In this document: positions 50,000-61,609 of the stretch, piece after piece
Layout: each line of letters begins with the position of its first letter
Numbering within the stretch: position 1 is the first letter of the stretch
Assembly (NCBI GenBank): GCA_965249555.1
Contig: OZ252243.1
Span: 2,112,001-2,176,000, forward strand
Length of the DNA stretch: 64,000 nucleotides
Source of the DNA: Nitrosopumilus sp.
GTDB lineage: Archaea; Thermoproteota; Nitrososphaeria; Nitrososphaerales; Nitrosopumilaceae
Direction: 5' to 3'
The notes under the pieces: generated by a model
Told to the model about the DNA's origin: nothing
The model's database searches: none
Seen by the model: only the letters and a program-made list of their open reading frames with translations
Translations under genes and position numbers: made by a program

Positions 50000-52572
50000 T
50001 TTTTCCTTGTTGGTTTTTTAGATATGTGATATGCTCCATTACGTTGACGAATAACAAATCCCCTTGAATCAATTTCATCAGATATTCTCTCTGCTAATTC
50101 TGGTTTATCATTATCAATGTGTGATTCCCATATGGCTAACAGCATCTGCTCAGTCAGACAACTAAGACTCTCTGAACTTAGTTTGTCATTAATAATAGAT
50201 GTATTTTGTTCAGTAACATCCTTTACAACATCATCAGTCTCAGAGAAAACTGGAGAACTAACTAAATCATCATTTTCAGCATCTATGTGTTCAACATCCA
50301 TCTTCTCTGATGCATTATTGGAATCTTTTGAAATGCTAGTTTCAGATTCTGTATTTGAATTCTGCACCACATCTGTCGCATCGCCCTCCATCTGATCAGA
50401 ATTATTCTCAGCCATTGGAAGGGACCATATTATCTTAGCACCAGGATTTTGTAGATTGGTATCAGGGTTTCCTATTTTGAATAGTTTCTTTTTTGATTGC
50501 AAATCAACTAGTGCATTTATGATGTCTTTTTGCTCATACTGATATGCCTTTTCAAGAATTGTATTTTGTGTGGTTTCTCCTCCCTTCCTGATGATTATCT
50601 CATAGATTACTGACTGTACCTCAGATAACGCACCCAATGTATGGTTTGCAGACTCTAGGGCATTTTTATCAAGAATCTGCAAGGCATAGTTTTTCTTCTC
50701 AATTCCTGCATCACTTAATGCCTTTTGTGTTATGTAACGGTCTTTTTCAGTAAACACCATAAACCACACAGAGTGTCCAAGCTTGATATTTTTCTCCCAG
50801 TTTACGTGGATCTGCTTCACATGTTTGCTTGGTGTGGCCTCAACTTCCAGTGCTATTGTATCCTCAGACCATTCGTGTGGACTGTACAGTTCTTGCTTAT
50901 GTTCACCCTTTACTATTTTTGGTGAAAAGATTGTCAGATCAGCCTTGCTTGCAGATTTTTTCCCCAAGTCAGGTATGCAGTATCGTCCTAAATTCATCTG
51001 TATGTTCATTACAAAAAAGATTGCAGCCAAATGCAAGTCCCCCCCACTTCTCCTACCTACTGCGGCTTCTGAAAATATTCTCTTGATTGCAGCATTTGTG
51101 ATTACATATCTTGATTCGAATTTGTCATCACCATCATGGGTGGTGACATTTTTTTTTGAAACAAAGTTGTTTGTGGCCATCAATGTGTCCAATAAGGCTG
51201 ATGCAATCTGACGTGGTGATGCATGGTATCTTCTTTTTATGGATGTGATAATCTCGTCTTTTGTCATGTCTCTGTTTTGCAATCTTAGTAGGTTCAGTAT
51301 TCCAAACTCCAATGGAGTAAGTAACACATCTGCATTCTCCCCAGCTTTGGTGTAATATTTGTCAAGTGACACATACTCTCCAAAATGATTCACACTGTAC
51401 TGTGCTGCTGTCTCATGTCTTGGTGGAATGGATAGATGTCTGGTTTTAGCAACTGCATGTGCTGGTTTATCCCCTGCCGAGTAAAATGAAAAATAGTGAA
51501 ACGATAACTGTTGTTGCTTTTCAGGAGATATTGGCAGTACTGCTTTTAGATGCAGTGCAGTCTTGCTATCACATCTAAAGCAGGCAATGGAACGGCATAG
51601 TGTCATGATTTCATCTGCCAAGTCTCGGTCAAGTGCAGAGACTGATTGGGTAGCAATAGTTGCCTTTATTCCATATTTCCGTACCGTATTTAGTAACGTG
51701 CGAACCATCTGCGGTGAGAACATTTGTACCTCATCTAGATACAGATTAAACGGAGAAAACGTACCATCAGGATTTCTCTCTCTTTTTCTATACCTCACAT
51801 AGAACAAATGCATAAACACATTTCCCAGGAACTGGACCATATCATCAGGTAGACCGCCACCAAGATCAATTATCACATACTTTCCATCATTAATCATATC
51901 CTTAAAATCCACTGATGATTTTTTGACATTAAACATTGCATCAAGTTCTGGAATGGTAAGCATCTTGTTTAGCTTGTTAAATATTACACCACCGGCTTCT
52001 TTTGGATACTGGTTATCGTACACATTACTGAAAAAATCCTTTGATTGTTTGTTTTGAATTTGCGGAATGAATGTCTCTCTAAAGCCCTTGTCAGTTAGTA
52101 GGTTTAGCATTGCACCTAGTGTGTCAGAGTTTGTTCCAATGACTCCCAATGCGCCGTTTCTTGCACATGTCTCAACTCTTGCTCCCCAAGAATTAGCAAA
52201 TGCCTTTGCCAGACATTCAGTAAAGTTTAGTGCAACCATTCCTGCATCATGAGGATCATCATTTTCTAATGGATTGAATCGTAATGTTTTTTCCCATTTT
52301 TTAATTGAGGATAAATTGATGTAGACTATTTTGTGATATTCTTCAGGCGGTATCATTGATAGTACTTCAAGGGATAACTCAGAGTGATTCTCAATTAGTA
52401 TGAAACCACGCTTTGCCAGAATATCTTGTAGCATTAACAATCTCAAGATTGATGACTTGCCTGAACCGATCTCACCTAATGCAAGTATGTTCTGTCGCAT
52501 CTTGTATGGTATTGATATTACCTTACCGCTGTCCAGATATCCAATTAGGGAATTCTCTTCTGCAAATGTCAT
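49996..52572 (-). CDS. VirD4/TraD-like coupling ATPase with C-terminal winged-helix and PD-(D/E)xK-like domains
   Basis: GEIGSGKS, FNPLE, LYLDEVQ, RKYG..ATQS; later H......ADLTI..IALEVE. Confidence 0.8.
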   Translation of the reverse strand: MTFAEENSLIGYLDSGKVISIPYKMRQNILALGEIGSGKSSILRLLMLQDILAKRGFILIENHSELSLEVLSMIPPEEYHKIVYINLSSIKKWEKTLRFNPLENDDPHDAGMVALNFTECLAKAFANSWGARVETCARNGALGVIGTNSDTLGAMLNLLTDKGFRETFIPQIQNKQSKDFFSNVYDNQYPKEAGGVIFNKLNKMLTIPELDAMFNVKKSSVDFKDMINDGKYVIIDLGGGLPDDMVQFLGNVFMHLFYVRYRKRERNPDGTFSPFNLYLDEVQMFSPQMVRTLLNTVRKYGIKATIATQSVSALDRDLADEIMTLCRSIACFRCDSKTALHLKAVLPISPEKQQQLSFHYFSFYSAGDKPAHAVAKTRHLSIPPRHETAAQYSVNHFGEYVSLDKYYTKAGENADVLLTPLEFGILNLLRLQNRDMTKDEIITSIKRRYHASPRQIASALLDTLMATNNFVSKKNVTTHDGDDKFESRYVITNAAIKRIFSEAAVGRRSGGDLHLAAIFFVMNIQMNLGRYCIPDLGKKSASKADLTIFSPKIVKGEHKQELYSPHEWSEDTIALEVEATPSKHVKQIHVNWEKNIKLGHSVWFMVFTEKDRYITQKALSDAGIEKKNYALQILDKNALESANHTLGALSEVQSVIYEIIIRKGGETTQNTILEKAYQYEQKDIINALVDLQSKKKLFKIGNPDTNLQNPGAKIIWSLPMAENNSDQMEGDATDVVQNSNTESETSISKDSNNASEKMDVEHIDAENDDLVSSPVFSETDDVVKDVTEQNTSIINDKLSSESLSCLTEQMLLAIWESHIDNDKPELAERISDEIDSRGFVIRQRNGAYHISKKPTRKN

Positions 52573-52589
52573 TGTATTTACTATTATTG

Positions 52590-54446
52590 TTACGATAATT
52601 TGGGACGGAATAGTTTTAGTTGCTCCTCATCAGGCAAGATATTCACAGGTACCACATGGTCGCCATATGTAACTAGGGCCTGACCAATGTTAAATCTCAT
52701 CAAATCATTTAATGCTGTCTTTGATAGGCTAAAGTTCTCACTTACCGCACCTATTGTAACCTTGTTTTGTTTCAAGAAAATTACAGTATCACTGTTCACT
52801 ACTACAGTCTTTGCGGAATCGTTTTTCACCAAATCCTCCATGTTTTGAGTGGCTAACATCATGTACATGTTGTATTTTCTGCCCCTCCTTGACATGTTCT
52901 CAATGTATCCTGCTAGAGATTCGTGCTTGAATAGCATCCACACTTCATCAAGCATTACTAGTTTTGGAATTATTTTGGGCATGCCAATGGTACGACCCAG
53001 TGCATAGCTTAGTGATATCTGAGTGATTAAACGGTGCACCATACCTCCTGCACTGCCGATATTTTTGAGTGATATTATCATCTTGTCAGTCTTTGGTGGT
53101 TCTCCTTCAAAGAAATTCCTAAATGGTGCTTTTGTTAATGGTCTGAAATATCTTATTACAGTTTCATCAGGACATAATTTTTCTAAAATATCATAGAATT
53201 TGAAAAAACTTCTCTTGGATAATTGGGTAGTTGTCATTTGTGACGCTGCTTCTTGCGCATATTCCCTGTCTAGTTCTGGAATGTTTAATGCCTGACACAG
53301 AGTTTCTGTCGCATTGTACACATCAGGTATCATCTTGAATATGTCAAGGCCTATCTTTACATCAGGGGTGTAATCCACATAGGAGAATCCCATGTTGTCT
53401 CCAAGTGCTCTGTATTCCCCTTCAGGGTCTATTCCAAAGATGAATGATTTGGGATACATCTTCTCAAAGCAGTGAATGATTAGCATTGCAGTAGTGGTTT
53501 TTCCTGAACCACTGGGGGCAACAAGTACCATGTTTTTGTTCATACGATTTTGTGGATTCCACTGGAACGGATAACCTGTATACATGTTGATTCCTAAAAG
53601 AAATCCCCCCTCTTCGTACAGCTCTGATGTGTAAAATGGAACGAATGCTGCAAGTGAACTTCGAATTACTAAAAATGGCGAACCAGTTTCTCCATGTAAC
53701 ATTGATTTTTGTATGTGTTTTGCAGTGTGGAGAATTAATCTGGAACTGGTTTTTTGCTCAAATATCTCTTGTTGTTTTTTTAGATTATCAAGAGAATCTG
53801 CAAGTATTGATACGTTAATCTTTATCATGAACAGCCCCTCATTGGTATTCTCTTTGAGAACCAACTCCCTTATTGCCAAAATATCATCAGTGTTTACCAG
53901 ATCAGTGCTTGATGCTTCTGATAGTTTTGATGATTTATGATTGTTAATTACTGATTTTTGTTTGTCTTTATTGATTGGCTTTATGTGCATTTTTACTACA
54001 TCTGCCATTGCATATACAGAATAAATCCATCCGGGGCTTAGTTCACCTGGAATTACTGAAAGGGCATATGTCTTGCAGTATAATCCTTCTTCAGTTATAC
54101 AATAATCAGGATACTCTTTTTGGATATCCCATTTTCTGGTGTCAGTTTTGCTATATTCTATGTCATGCTGTTCCAGTATTGGTTTGATGTCTTCAGCTGT
54201 GTTTAGAATTACTCTGTCAAACTTGCAGGACCGTATGGTTTTGTGAAACAGCAGATCCTCATAGTCTCTGACCATCTCAATGGTACATGGCTCTTGTAGT
54301 CCGTTTATGCAATCAATGAAATTGCCAATGATCAGGTCCTTTTCTGATATATCTGATACTGACTTTTCATCAGAAGAGTATAGTAGATTTTTAGGAGATA
54401 ACAAATAAGAGTTGATCTCTTGCTGCTGCTTTTGCTTTTTCATCAA
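52590..54446 (-). CDS. VirB4-like conjugative ATPase
   Basis: NKNMVLVAPSGSGKT, IDPEGEY, MLDEVW, RRGRKYN..ATQN. Confidence 0.85.
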   Translation of the reverse strand: MMKKQKQQQEINSYLLSPKNLLYSSDEKSVSDISEKDLIIGNFIDCINGLQEPCTIEMVRDYEDLLFHKTIRSCKFDRVILNTAEDIKPILEQHDIEYSKTDTRKWDIQKEYPDYCITEEGLYCKTYALSVIPGELSPGWIYSVYAMADVVKMHIKPINKDKQKSVINNHKSSKLSEASSTDLVNTDDILAIRELVLKENTNEGLFMIKINVSILADSLDNLKKQQEIFEQKTSSRLILHTAKHIQKSMLHGETGSPFLVIRSSLAAFVPFYTSELYEEGGFLLGINMYTGYPFQWNPQNRMNKNMVLVAPSGSGKTTTAMLIIHCFEKMYPKSFIFGIDPEGEYRALGDNMGFSYVDYTPDVKIGLDIFKMIPDVYNATETLCQALNIPELDREYAQEAASQMTTTQLSKRSFFKFYDILEKLCPDETVIRYFRPLTKAPFRNFFEGEPPKTDKMIISLKNIGSAGGMVHRLITQISLSYALGRTIGMPKIIPKLVMLDEVWMLFKHESLAGYIENMSRRGRKYNMYMMLATQNMEDLVKNDSAKTVVVNSDTVIFLKQNKVTIGAVSENFSLSKTALNDLMRFNIGQALVTYGDHVVPVNILPDEEQLKLFRPKLS

Positions 54447-54815
54447 AAGGAATGGAAAATTTTGAATAAAAAGGGAGATTAACTTGGAATGATTTTTCGA
54501 GAATCATGTCAGGGGATTATTACAAAATTGTAAGATCAGACATCAGATTCATTTATCATAACTTTCAAGTTTTCAGATGACAAATTCATTATTTTTTTCA
54601 ATGAAAACAGCCATGGGGTTGATTTTATTGTGTTTTGTTTCCGTCTTTTTCCAACATCTTACATAGTTCTTTGTCCTGCTTTGCCTTATCTTTGATTGAA
54701 TCAAGATATTTTGTTTTTAATCAAGCCCAACACGTTATACTCTCTTCTTCACATTCTGCATCAGATAATTTTAATCCCAAATCATGATTCCAAAATATAA
54801 CAGCATTGTTTGTTG

Positions 54816-54875
54816 GGGATTGGTAACTTAACGGGAGCTGTTTTCTCGTGGAAAGTGTCGGGAACTGACGTTTTG
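54816..54875. repeat. 60-bp repeat (second copy 59238-59297) resembling the IS6-like element end at 6074-6119
   Basis: Near-identical copies seen directly. Confidence 0.75.
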
Positions 54876-54913
54876 TATGGCTTTAACATTATCGAGAGAT
54901 AATATGGATCTTC

Positions 54914-55255
54914 TCTCCCATACGAAATCATCTCCAATTACTGCAGACACAGTGTACTTTGTACAATCAGGATATCTTTGATCTGTTTCTTTTACTTGTG
55001 TCAGTTCATGATTTTGTGTATAATACACTTTCAGAGTTAGCATGTGCCCGGATTGTTGCAAGCATCCGGTCTTGCAGCTGCCACCTTTGTTTTCTTCTCT
55101 TTGCAATTCTGAAATAGAATGATTCCATTCTTTCATCAAATCGTACCATAGTATTTGCAGAGGATTTCGTATGGGGCATATATGAGATGTCCTGATTCAG
55201 CAAAGCACGCTAGGAAGTGTCCTCAGTAGGGTTGGAGACGATTTCGTATGGGAGA
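54914..55255. mobile_element. MITE-like element with ~24-bp TIRs
   Basis: TCTCCCATACGAAATCATCTCCAA ... TTGGAGACGATTTCGTATGGGAGA. Confidence 0.7.
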
Positions 55256-55386
55256 ACCGATAATCACTATACTTTTAAAATAGTATTAGATCTGGACTCT
55301 TAATGATAAATAACAAAGGAATAATGACTTCAATAGTAGTATTGTTGTTGATACCATTTATGGCAACAACAACATAGCAGACGAAC

Positions 55387-56148
55387 TTGGACTTCGCTAA
55401 AACATCAACAGTATCCCTTTTCTTTTTTTTATTACTTTTTGTACCTTATGAAGCAGACGCAGAAAATTGTGAGAATATAGTTTTACATAAATTATCTGTA
55501 CCAAAAACAGTATGTGTAAGTAAAACTACCGCAGAAAAACTAGTCGATAGAGGTTGGGGCGTAACTGATTTAGAATTTAATATGCGTATTATTGATGTTG
55601 TTGATAAGATAAACAGTTGTACCATACTTTTTGGACTTTATGACGGCTATATGAAATTGAGTGGCTGGTATACATTAAAAGAAATGAAAGATTGTCTCGG
55701 AATTGACATTCCAATAAAGTATGAGCAAATCCAAGATGAATTCATAACTATTACTAGTATAGGTTTTGCATATGATCCTGGTTTTAGTCTTTTACTGGTA
55801 TTTGATAAAAATTGTACACCAGATGTATTCTCCACAAATGTAACTGCGCTTAGTTTAAACTCTACTGAAACAATCTGTTATGATTCGGCTGTTGATTATG
55901 GAAGTAACAGATCATCAGGTTGGGTGGCATCTTATAATATTGAAAAACCTATAATGGATTACATTGCAAAGTCAGAAAATAAATGTGATTTTCTAGATCT
56001 TCCAATCTTTGAATTATTTGATGGCAAGTATGATGACTTGTTATTAGCAATATGGGATAATGATACTCCACAACGATATGTTTTTCTTGAGTGTATTGGA
56101 GATAAACTTGATACCAATATATTTTCTGATATGTACAACACGTCCTAA
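55387..56148 (+). CDS. Secreted Cys-rich protein with thaumarchaeal motif
   Basis: Signal peptide; VCVSKTTAEKLVDRGW. Confidence 0.7.
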   Translation: MDFAKTSTVSLFFFLLLFVPYEADAENCENIVLHKLSVPKTVCVSKTTAEKLVDRGWGVTDLEFNMRIIDVVDKINSCTILFGLYDGYMKLSGWYTLKEMKDCLGIDIPIKYEQIQDEFITITSIGFAYDPGFSLLLVFDKNCTPDVFSTNVTALSLNSTETICYDSAVDYGSNRSSGWVASYNIEKPIMDYIAKSENKCDFLDLPIFELFDGKYDDLLLAIWDNDTPQRYVFLECIGDKLDTNIFSDMYNTS

Positions 56149-57007
56149 AACTGATCATTTTGCGGATATCTGATGATAATATGAAACCAACAATAACAAC
56201 CCAGACATGTATTCATGATTCACAAAGAAATATCAGACGCTCAATGGAGCACAGTTGCATCACATCTGCCAAAACCGGCAAGAACCGAAATACTAAGGAA
56301 CAATGACAGGACAGTAATCAACGGAATATTATATGTGTTGACTACTGGTTGCAGGTGGGCAGACATACCAAAGAGATACTGCTCAAAATCCACCGCGCAT
56401 CTGCGATTCCAGGAATTTCAAAAGAGAGGCATTTGGAAAAAGATCCTATCCAAGCTAGCCAAATCCGCACACAGACAAGGAAAGATCAAGCTGCAAAAGA
56501 TTTCAATTGACTCGTTATCAATTGCTGCAAAAAAAGCGATTTAGTGGAATATGACGGATTCAAAAGGATTTTAGGCACAAAATTGCATGTCGCAGTGGAG
56601 AAGACAGGACTGCCGGTTTCAATTCTGTGCAGTCCTGCAAATGTCCATGACAGTACCAAGTTCATCGATGTGCTAGAAAACATCTCAGATTTTCTTGATG
56701 ATGATGCACTCGCAAAGACCGTATCGGCATATGCAGACAAGGGCTATGATGCTGCATACATCAGGGATTATCTCAAGTGCCATGGAATTGGCTGCAGCAT
56801 TCCCTACAAAAAAATTCTAAATCCATCACCCCGAAAAATCGTAAAAACAATTACAACAAGACAAGGTATGTCGTGGAGAGGTTCTTTGCATGGCTCAAGT
56901 GCGGGTTTAGAAGAACTACAATCAGATACGAAAGGAATTGCGAGAACTATCTCGGACTCGTGTATCTGGCATCAATTATTATGTATTGGAGGGTTATAGG
57001 ATGAGTT
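56136..57007 (+). mobile_element. IS5-family element, frameshifted transposase
   Basis: ISDAQW..VINGILYVLTTGCRWADIP, SIDS, ADKGYD, RYVVERFFAWLK; imperfect TIRs. Confidence 0.85.
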
Positions 57008-57311
57008 GTGGATATTATGATGTTGCAAAACACATGTTCATATCTGACCCTATGGATAAATTTGGAAATAAAATCAAAGATGTTCTAACGGTTCAATCAA
57101 AAGAGGTTTTGCAGGATTTGGTTGTTTGATTATTTTAAAATAGGTTCTAAATCTTCTTTAGTTGTTTCGTAATCTTTATCAACAAAATCAACAGAACCTT
57201 TAGGTTCAATCATATATGCCAAAGGATTTTCATCACAATCATAAATATCCTTAATACTATCTTCAGTCATATCAACATTATGAGATCTTTTATTGTTTAA
57301 ATTTGGTGATT

Positions 57312-57700
57312 AGGTACCTACTGCCCCTAACATATTTCTCAACAATAAATCAAACAAATTGCAATCCCTATTATTGTATCTCCATTCCATCTCCTTGAGG
57401 TACAGTAAAAATTTGCCTGGACTCACCCATGATGCTTTGCCATGTTCTCTTTGGCAAAACTCCAAAAGCCTTCAATTCCATTAATGTAAACATCCCCTTT
57501 GCCAAACATCTTGTTGTGATCTACTGAGAGATGCTTGTATCCATTGAACACAAGCGAGTCATATCCCTTCCACTTGTCAGTGTACATGATGCTTCCTTTT
57601 TTCACTTTTCTAATTGTACTTTTCAGAAGGGTTTTAGCTTTTACATTATTTACTATCTCAACGTGAACCCTTCCATTTCTCTCTAAAATGCCAAACACAA
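57312..57700 (-). pseudogene. IS1595 (ISXO2-like) transposase 3' fragment with TIR
   Basis: FGILERNG..YTDKWKGY..VDH..INGIEGFWSFAK. Confidence 0.8.
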
Positions 57701-57748
57701 TGGTCTCTGATGCAGTCTTGGCAGATACGGATAGCTCAAAGAGCTTGA

Positions 57749-59233
57749 TCAGTGAGTTGCAGTATGAATTCTTCCCTCCATATCATAAAGACAAATTTCT
57801 ACACCACTTAGCCAATCAATATTGCCATCTATATCTTCATATTTCAAATTACCAAAAATAAGGGAATCCCCACCAGTCCCATAGGCTAGTGAAAGAGACC
57901 AGTATAGCGGTGGAAAAAACGATTGAGTTCTCAATCTGTCCTCAAATTTATCCAGAAATTTCTGAATGAATTCATCATCCAGTCCCATATCTCTCATGGA
58001 TACTTCTACGCTTTGATCAGGGTAGCTTGACTGAAGAAATTCCAAAAGATCTTCCCATTGTCTATCTGAAATATAGTCTGAGTCTTGGTATGGCTCTTCT
58101 ACTATGAGATATGAATGCTGCTCAAAGAATCCTTCCTTGTATGGAGATGTTCCAGCAAATCCAGGATATGCTTCAAAGAATCCTGTTATATAATCCTCAT
58201 CAAGGATAGATTGTCTACTTAACCATCCTTCATAATTATCAGGTACCTCAGGATATGAATCTATAAGATATTTTGCAAGAGCATCATATGTCGGAGGACT
58301 GTAAGAATCTTCATTATGTACAATCATTAATTCATGATATTGCCCAAGTTGGCTTGGACCTTCACCAATCATGTATACTGGATCTTCACTAAGATGTACT
58401 ATATTATCAGGTGCAATATAGTAGTAAATTCTTTCATCAGATGATGGTATATAGGTAACATATATCTCACCATAATTGTAATCAACATTTGGTTGATTAA
58501 TTACAAATGAGAATATTTCTTGTTGTGGAGAAGTGTTATCATACATTGGTTGAACACTTCCTGTTTCAAATGTTCTAGGGAAATGAGTCGTATCAGTACC
58601 TACGCCATCAGATATGTAATCAGGTCTGTTTAAAAGTTTTACATACGTAGGATGATGAATGAAAATACTATATTCACCACATCTCTCTACTGGACATTCA
58701 AATTCTGAATCTTCATAATCTTCAAAATCTACACCAAATTCATCATCACCATCTGATGGTACAATAAAACTATAATCTAAGACAACATTAAAAGACTCTC
58801 CTACTCTCACTTCTTCTGGAAAAGTCAAAGTATATTGTGGCCAAAAAGGTTCATATGATCCAAGTTCACCTGTACCGATTTCTTTTCCAATATTAGTCAT
58901 AGATATTTTTTTGTCACTTGATGAGATTTCTGAATTTACTATTTTAGATGGAGTCAATTGAAAATCTGATTGAATAATTTCCCAACCATAAGATTCTAAT
59001 TTCTTTGCTGTATTTTCATTTACACAAGCTGGAGTATTTCGTGGCGATTCCATTAAAATTTTCGAACCATTACATTGAATTTCATTAATTGGTATTCTCG
59101 AACTGAATTGTTGTAGTGGTGATAAAGTTTCTGATTCTGCAAGTGCAGGCATTGCACTTAATCCGATAGCAATGACTGCAAGCAGTATTGATGTTGTTAT
59201 ATTATTCAATAATTTATAATAGTATAGAAGCAT
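57749..59233 (-). CDS. Secreted acidic protein with thaumarchaeal N-terminal motif; probably C-terminally truncated
   Basis: SPLQQF..IQC..PACV..TAKKLESYGW; ends next to IS1595 remnant. Confidence 0.7.
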   Translation of the reverse strand: MLLYYYKLLNNITTSILLAVIAIGLSAMPALAESETLSPLQQFSSRIPINEIQCNGSKILMESPRNTPACVNENTAKKLESYGWEIIQSDFQLTPSKIVNSEISSSDKKISMTNIGKEIGTGELGSYEPFWPQYTLTFPEEVRVGESFNVVLDYSFIVPSDGDDEFGVDFEDYEDSEFECPVERCGEYSIFIHHPTYVKLLNRPDYISDGVGTDTTHFPRTFETGSVQPMYDNTSPQQEIFSFVINQPNVDYNYGEIYVTYIPSSDERIYYYIAPDNIVHLSEDPVYMIGEGPSQLGQYHELMIVHNEDSYSPPTYDALAKYLIDSYPEVPDNYEGWLSRQSILDEDYITGFFEAYPGFAGTSPYKEGFFEQHSYLIVEEPYQDSDYISDRQWEDLLEFLQSSYPDQSVEVSMRDMGLDDEFIQKFLDKFEDRLRTQSFFPPLYWSLSLAYGTGGDSLIFGNLKYEDIDGNIDWLSGVEICLYDMEGRIHTATH

Positions 59234-59600
59234 ATTAGGGATTGGTAACTTAACGGGAGCTGTTTTCTCGTGGAAAGTGTCGGGAGCTGACGTTTTGAAT
59301 CAGGGGTCTATTATAGTGACATAGACATGAAATCACAATCTTATTCAGATTCAAAAATTAAAATGGAATAAAAAGAATCAAAAGACGGTTCAGAGCAAAG
59401 CCTAATCATCACGATTGGCTTCAGACTAACGCTTTCTTTATTCCGGGATGGGAAAATAGGCTAATCTATCATGTCCCGAATCAAACACTTTTGGAAAATA
59501 CCCATAATATCGAAATTGGGATTTTCCATGTCCCTAATCAAACAGCAGGTGGAAGTGTCCCAAAGTTTGAACAGTACCATATTCTACCACTCGCAGATTA

Positions 59601-60078
59601 CACAGACGTTATACGAAATCTTTTTCATATCTTGTGATGTATACCTACTGTTGGGCCTGAGAGTTGAATGAATACTGCCATGTACAAGGACGTTACACAG
59701 ACTAACTCAAAGTGAGCGGAAAACAAAATACCACATAGATGGCAAATGGGAGCATTCCGCTAGATCAGGCAATTTGATCAAAAAGGAGGTGATGGTATGA
59801 TCAGCATAGGAATTGATGTTCACAAAATAAAATGTGTTGCAACAAAATAGGAATCCAGAAAGAAGCTAGAGCAGACAAGCTTTGATAATACCACAAATGG
59901 AATAATGGGTTTTATCAAACATATCAAAAAGACATATGGCAATGACATACAGGCAGTGTGCGAATCAACTGCAAACTATTGGATCAGACTACATGACACA
60001 CTAGAGGACCATGGAATTGATACAATTCTTGCACATCCTGCAAAGACCAAGATAATTGCACAGGCAAAGCTAAAAAAC
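59601..60078 (+). pseudogene. IS110-family remnant (inverted sister of 21608-22084)
   Basis: ISIGIDVHK, AVCESTANYW. Confidence 0.75.
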
Positions 60079-60095
60079 ATACCATAAATGGAAAA

Positions 60096-60314
60096 CTAGC
60101 GTGACTGAATTTCAGGTTTTGATTTTATTATTGCATTTATTGCTTCCTCTGGCATTGACTGAGAAAACAATACCTCAAATCCAACTGCTCTGCCATTTTC
60201 ATCTATATCCAAAAACCTGTCTTTACCAAGAGGGATAGTCTTTGATACTTTGGAATCCTCAGATATGCAAAAATAGGCTACTTTTGTCTGATTATCATAT
60301 CTTACTAAAGCCAA
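60096..60314 (-). CDS. DUF2283-family protein (putative antitoxin)
   Basis: VRYD....VAYF..LDIDENGRAVGFEVL. Confidence 0.8.
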   Translation of the reverse strand: MALVRYDNQTKVAYFCISEDSKVSKTIPLGKDRFLDIDENGRAVGFEVLFSQSMPEEAINAIIKSKPEIQSR

Positions 60315-60570
60315 TTGCTCTCAAGCCTCCTTTGTCAGTGTACATGGAAGTAATAACTACCATCTTTGTATTAAACTTGTTATATATCACAACCAAATAT
60401 GCCTGTCCATTAACTACTGGCTCATCTACGTTTGCAAAACTCTTGTAGTTTTGCCTATCTGAATCATAAATGGTTTCAGTGGGGCTGTTTATGATTTTTT
60501 GAATCAAATCCTTTGTGATGCCTCTTTCAATCATCCGTTTTAATGCATGATCACTAAATATAATTCTCAA
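60295..60570 (-). CDS. DUF4258-family protein (putative toxin)
   Basis: IIFSDHALKRMIERGIT..VVITSM. Confidence 0.8.
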   Translation of the reverse strand: MRIIFSDHALKRMIERGITKDLIQKIINSPTETIYDSDRQNYKSFANVDEPVVNGQAYLVVIYNKFNTKMVVITSMYTDKGGLRAIGFSKI

Positions 60571-60733
60571 TGATTATTCTTAATTCTAGTTGCAAATAAA
60601 ACTTGAGACAATCCTAGATACCATATGTTTTTTGTTTCCAAAATATAGCACCTGATGTGACTTTCATGATGGTTTACCAATAATAAATCTAAGATTGGAC
60701 TTTCAATTATTTTCTTTCCAAGTTACCAACAAC

Positions 60734-61562
60734 CTACTGCCCCTAACATATACTTTAACAATAAATCAAACAAATTACCATCCCTGTTGTATCTCCATTC
60801 CATCTCTCTTGAGGTATGGTAAAAATTTGCCTGGACTCACTCCATGATGCTTGGGCATGTTCTCTTTGGCAAAACTCCAAAAGCCTTCAATTCCGTTAAT
60901 GTACACATCCCCTTTGCCAAACATCCTGCTGTGATCTATTGAGGATGTTTGTATCCATTGAACACAAGCGAGTCATATCCCTTCCATTTCTCAGTGTACA
61001 CAATGCTTCCTTTTCTGACCTTCTTGATGGTACTTGCAAGTAATGTTTTTGCTTTGACGTTATTTACAATCTCAACGTAAACCCTGCCGTTTCTCTCAAA
61101 TTCCAAACACAATGGTCTTGTTTTTGGCACCACGTCCACGATTTTCCTTTTCCTCCAGAATATGCCTAGTCAGTATTAATCTGGCCACGTAGGAACCTTG
61201 TTGGTATCTGCCACTTCTCAAGTATGGAATATCTGGCTGTATCAAGAGATGTATTGTGATTTGTGCATCTGTTCTGCAGTCTTTGCATGCACGGACTAGT
61301 GATTAGTGGGAACCATTTGGAATTCCAATTAATGGGAATTCGGATCTGGAATATGGTTTGAGATCTTTCTGGCATTTTGTGCATCTTTGTTCCTGCCTTT
61401 GGTACAGAAAGTTTTATTTTTGCAAAAAGTACGAAAAGGATTCTTGACGTATCTTGATTCCAGGAATTGTATTAATAATTCATCAGGGATTGTTTTTGCA
61501 AATGATGCAAAGTCAGTCCATTGTTTTTGTGAAATATTCCATAATAATCTTAGGGGTAGTAG
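60734..61562 (-). mobile_element. Degenerate IS1595-family element
   Basis: Ends CTACTGCCCCTAA / TTAGGGGTAGTAG; frameshifted ISXO2-like transposase fragments. Confidence 0.7.
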
Positions 61563-61609
61563 ATACCCAATCACCTAATTACATATGATTCTCAAATATG
61601 TGACGGAAC

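Larger units (their letters stand above)
22596..54446. mobile_element. Degraded integrated conjugative element/plasmid (boundaries approximate; no integrase or att site seen)
   Basis: VirB4-like and VirD4-like ATPases, ParM-like actin, thermonuclease, ArdC-like, DUF2958, TA modules, repeat-delimited small-gene operons. Confidence 0.75.
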
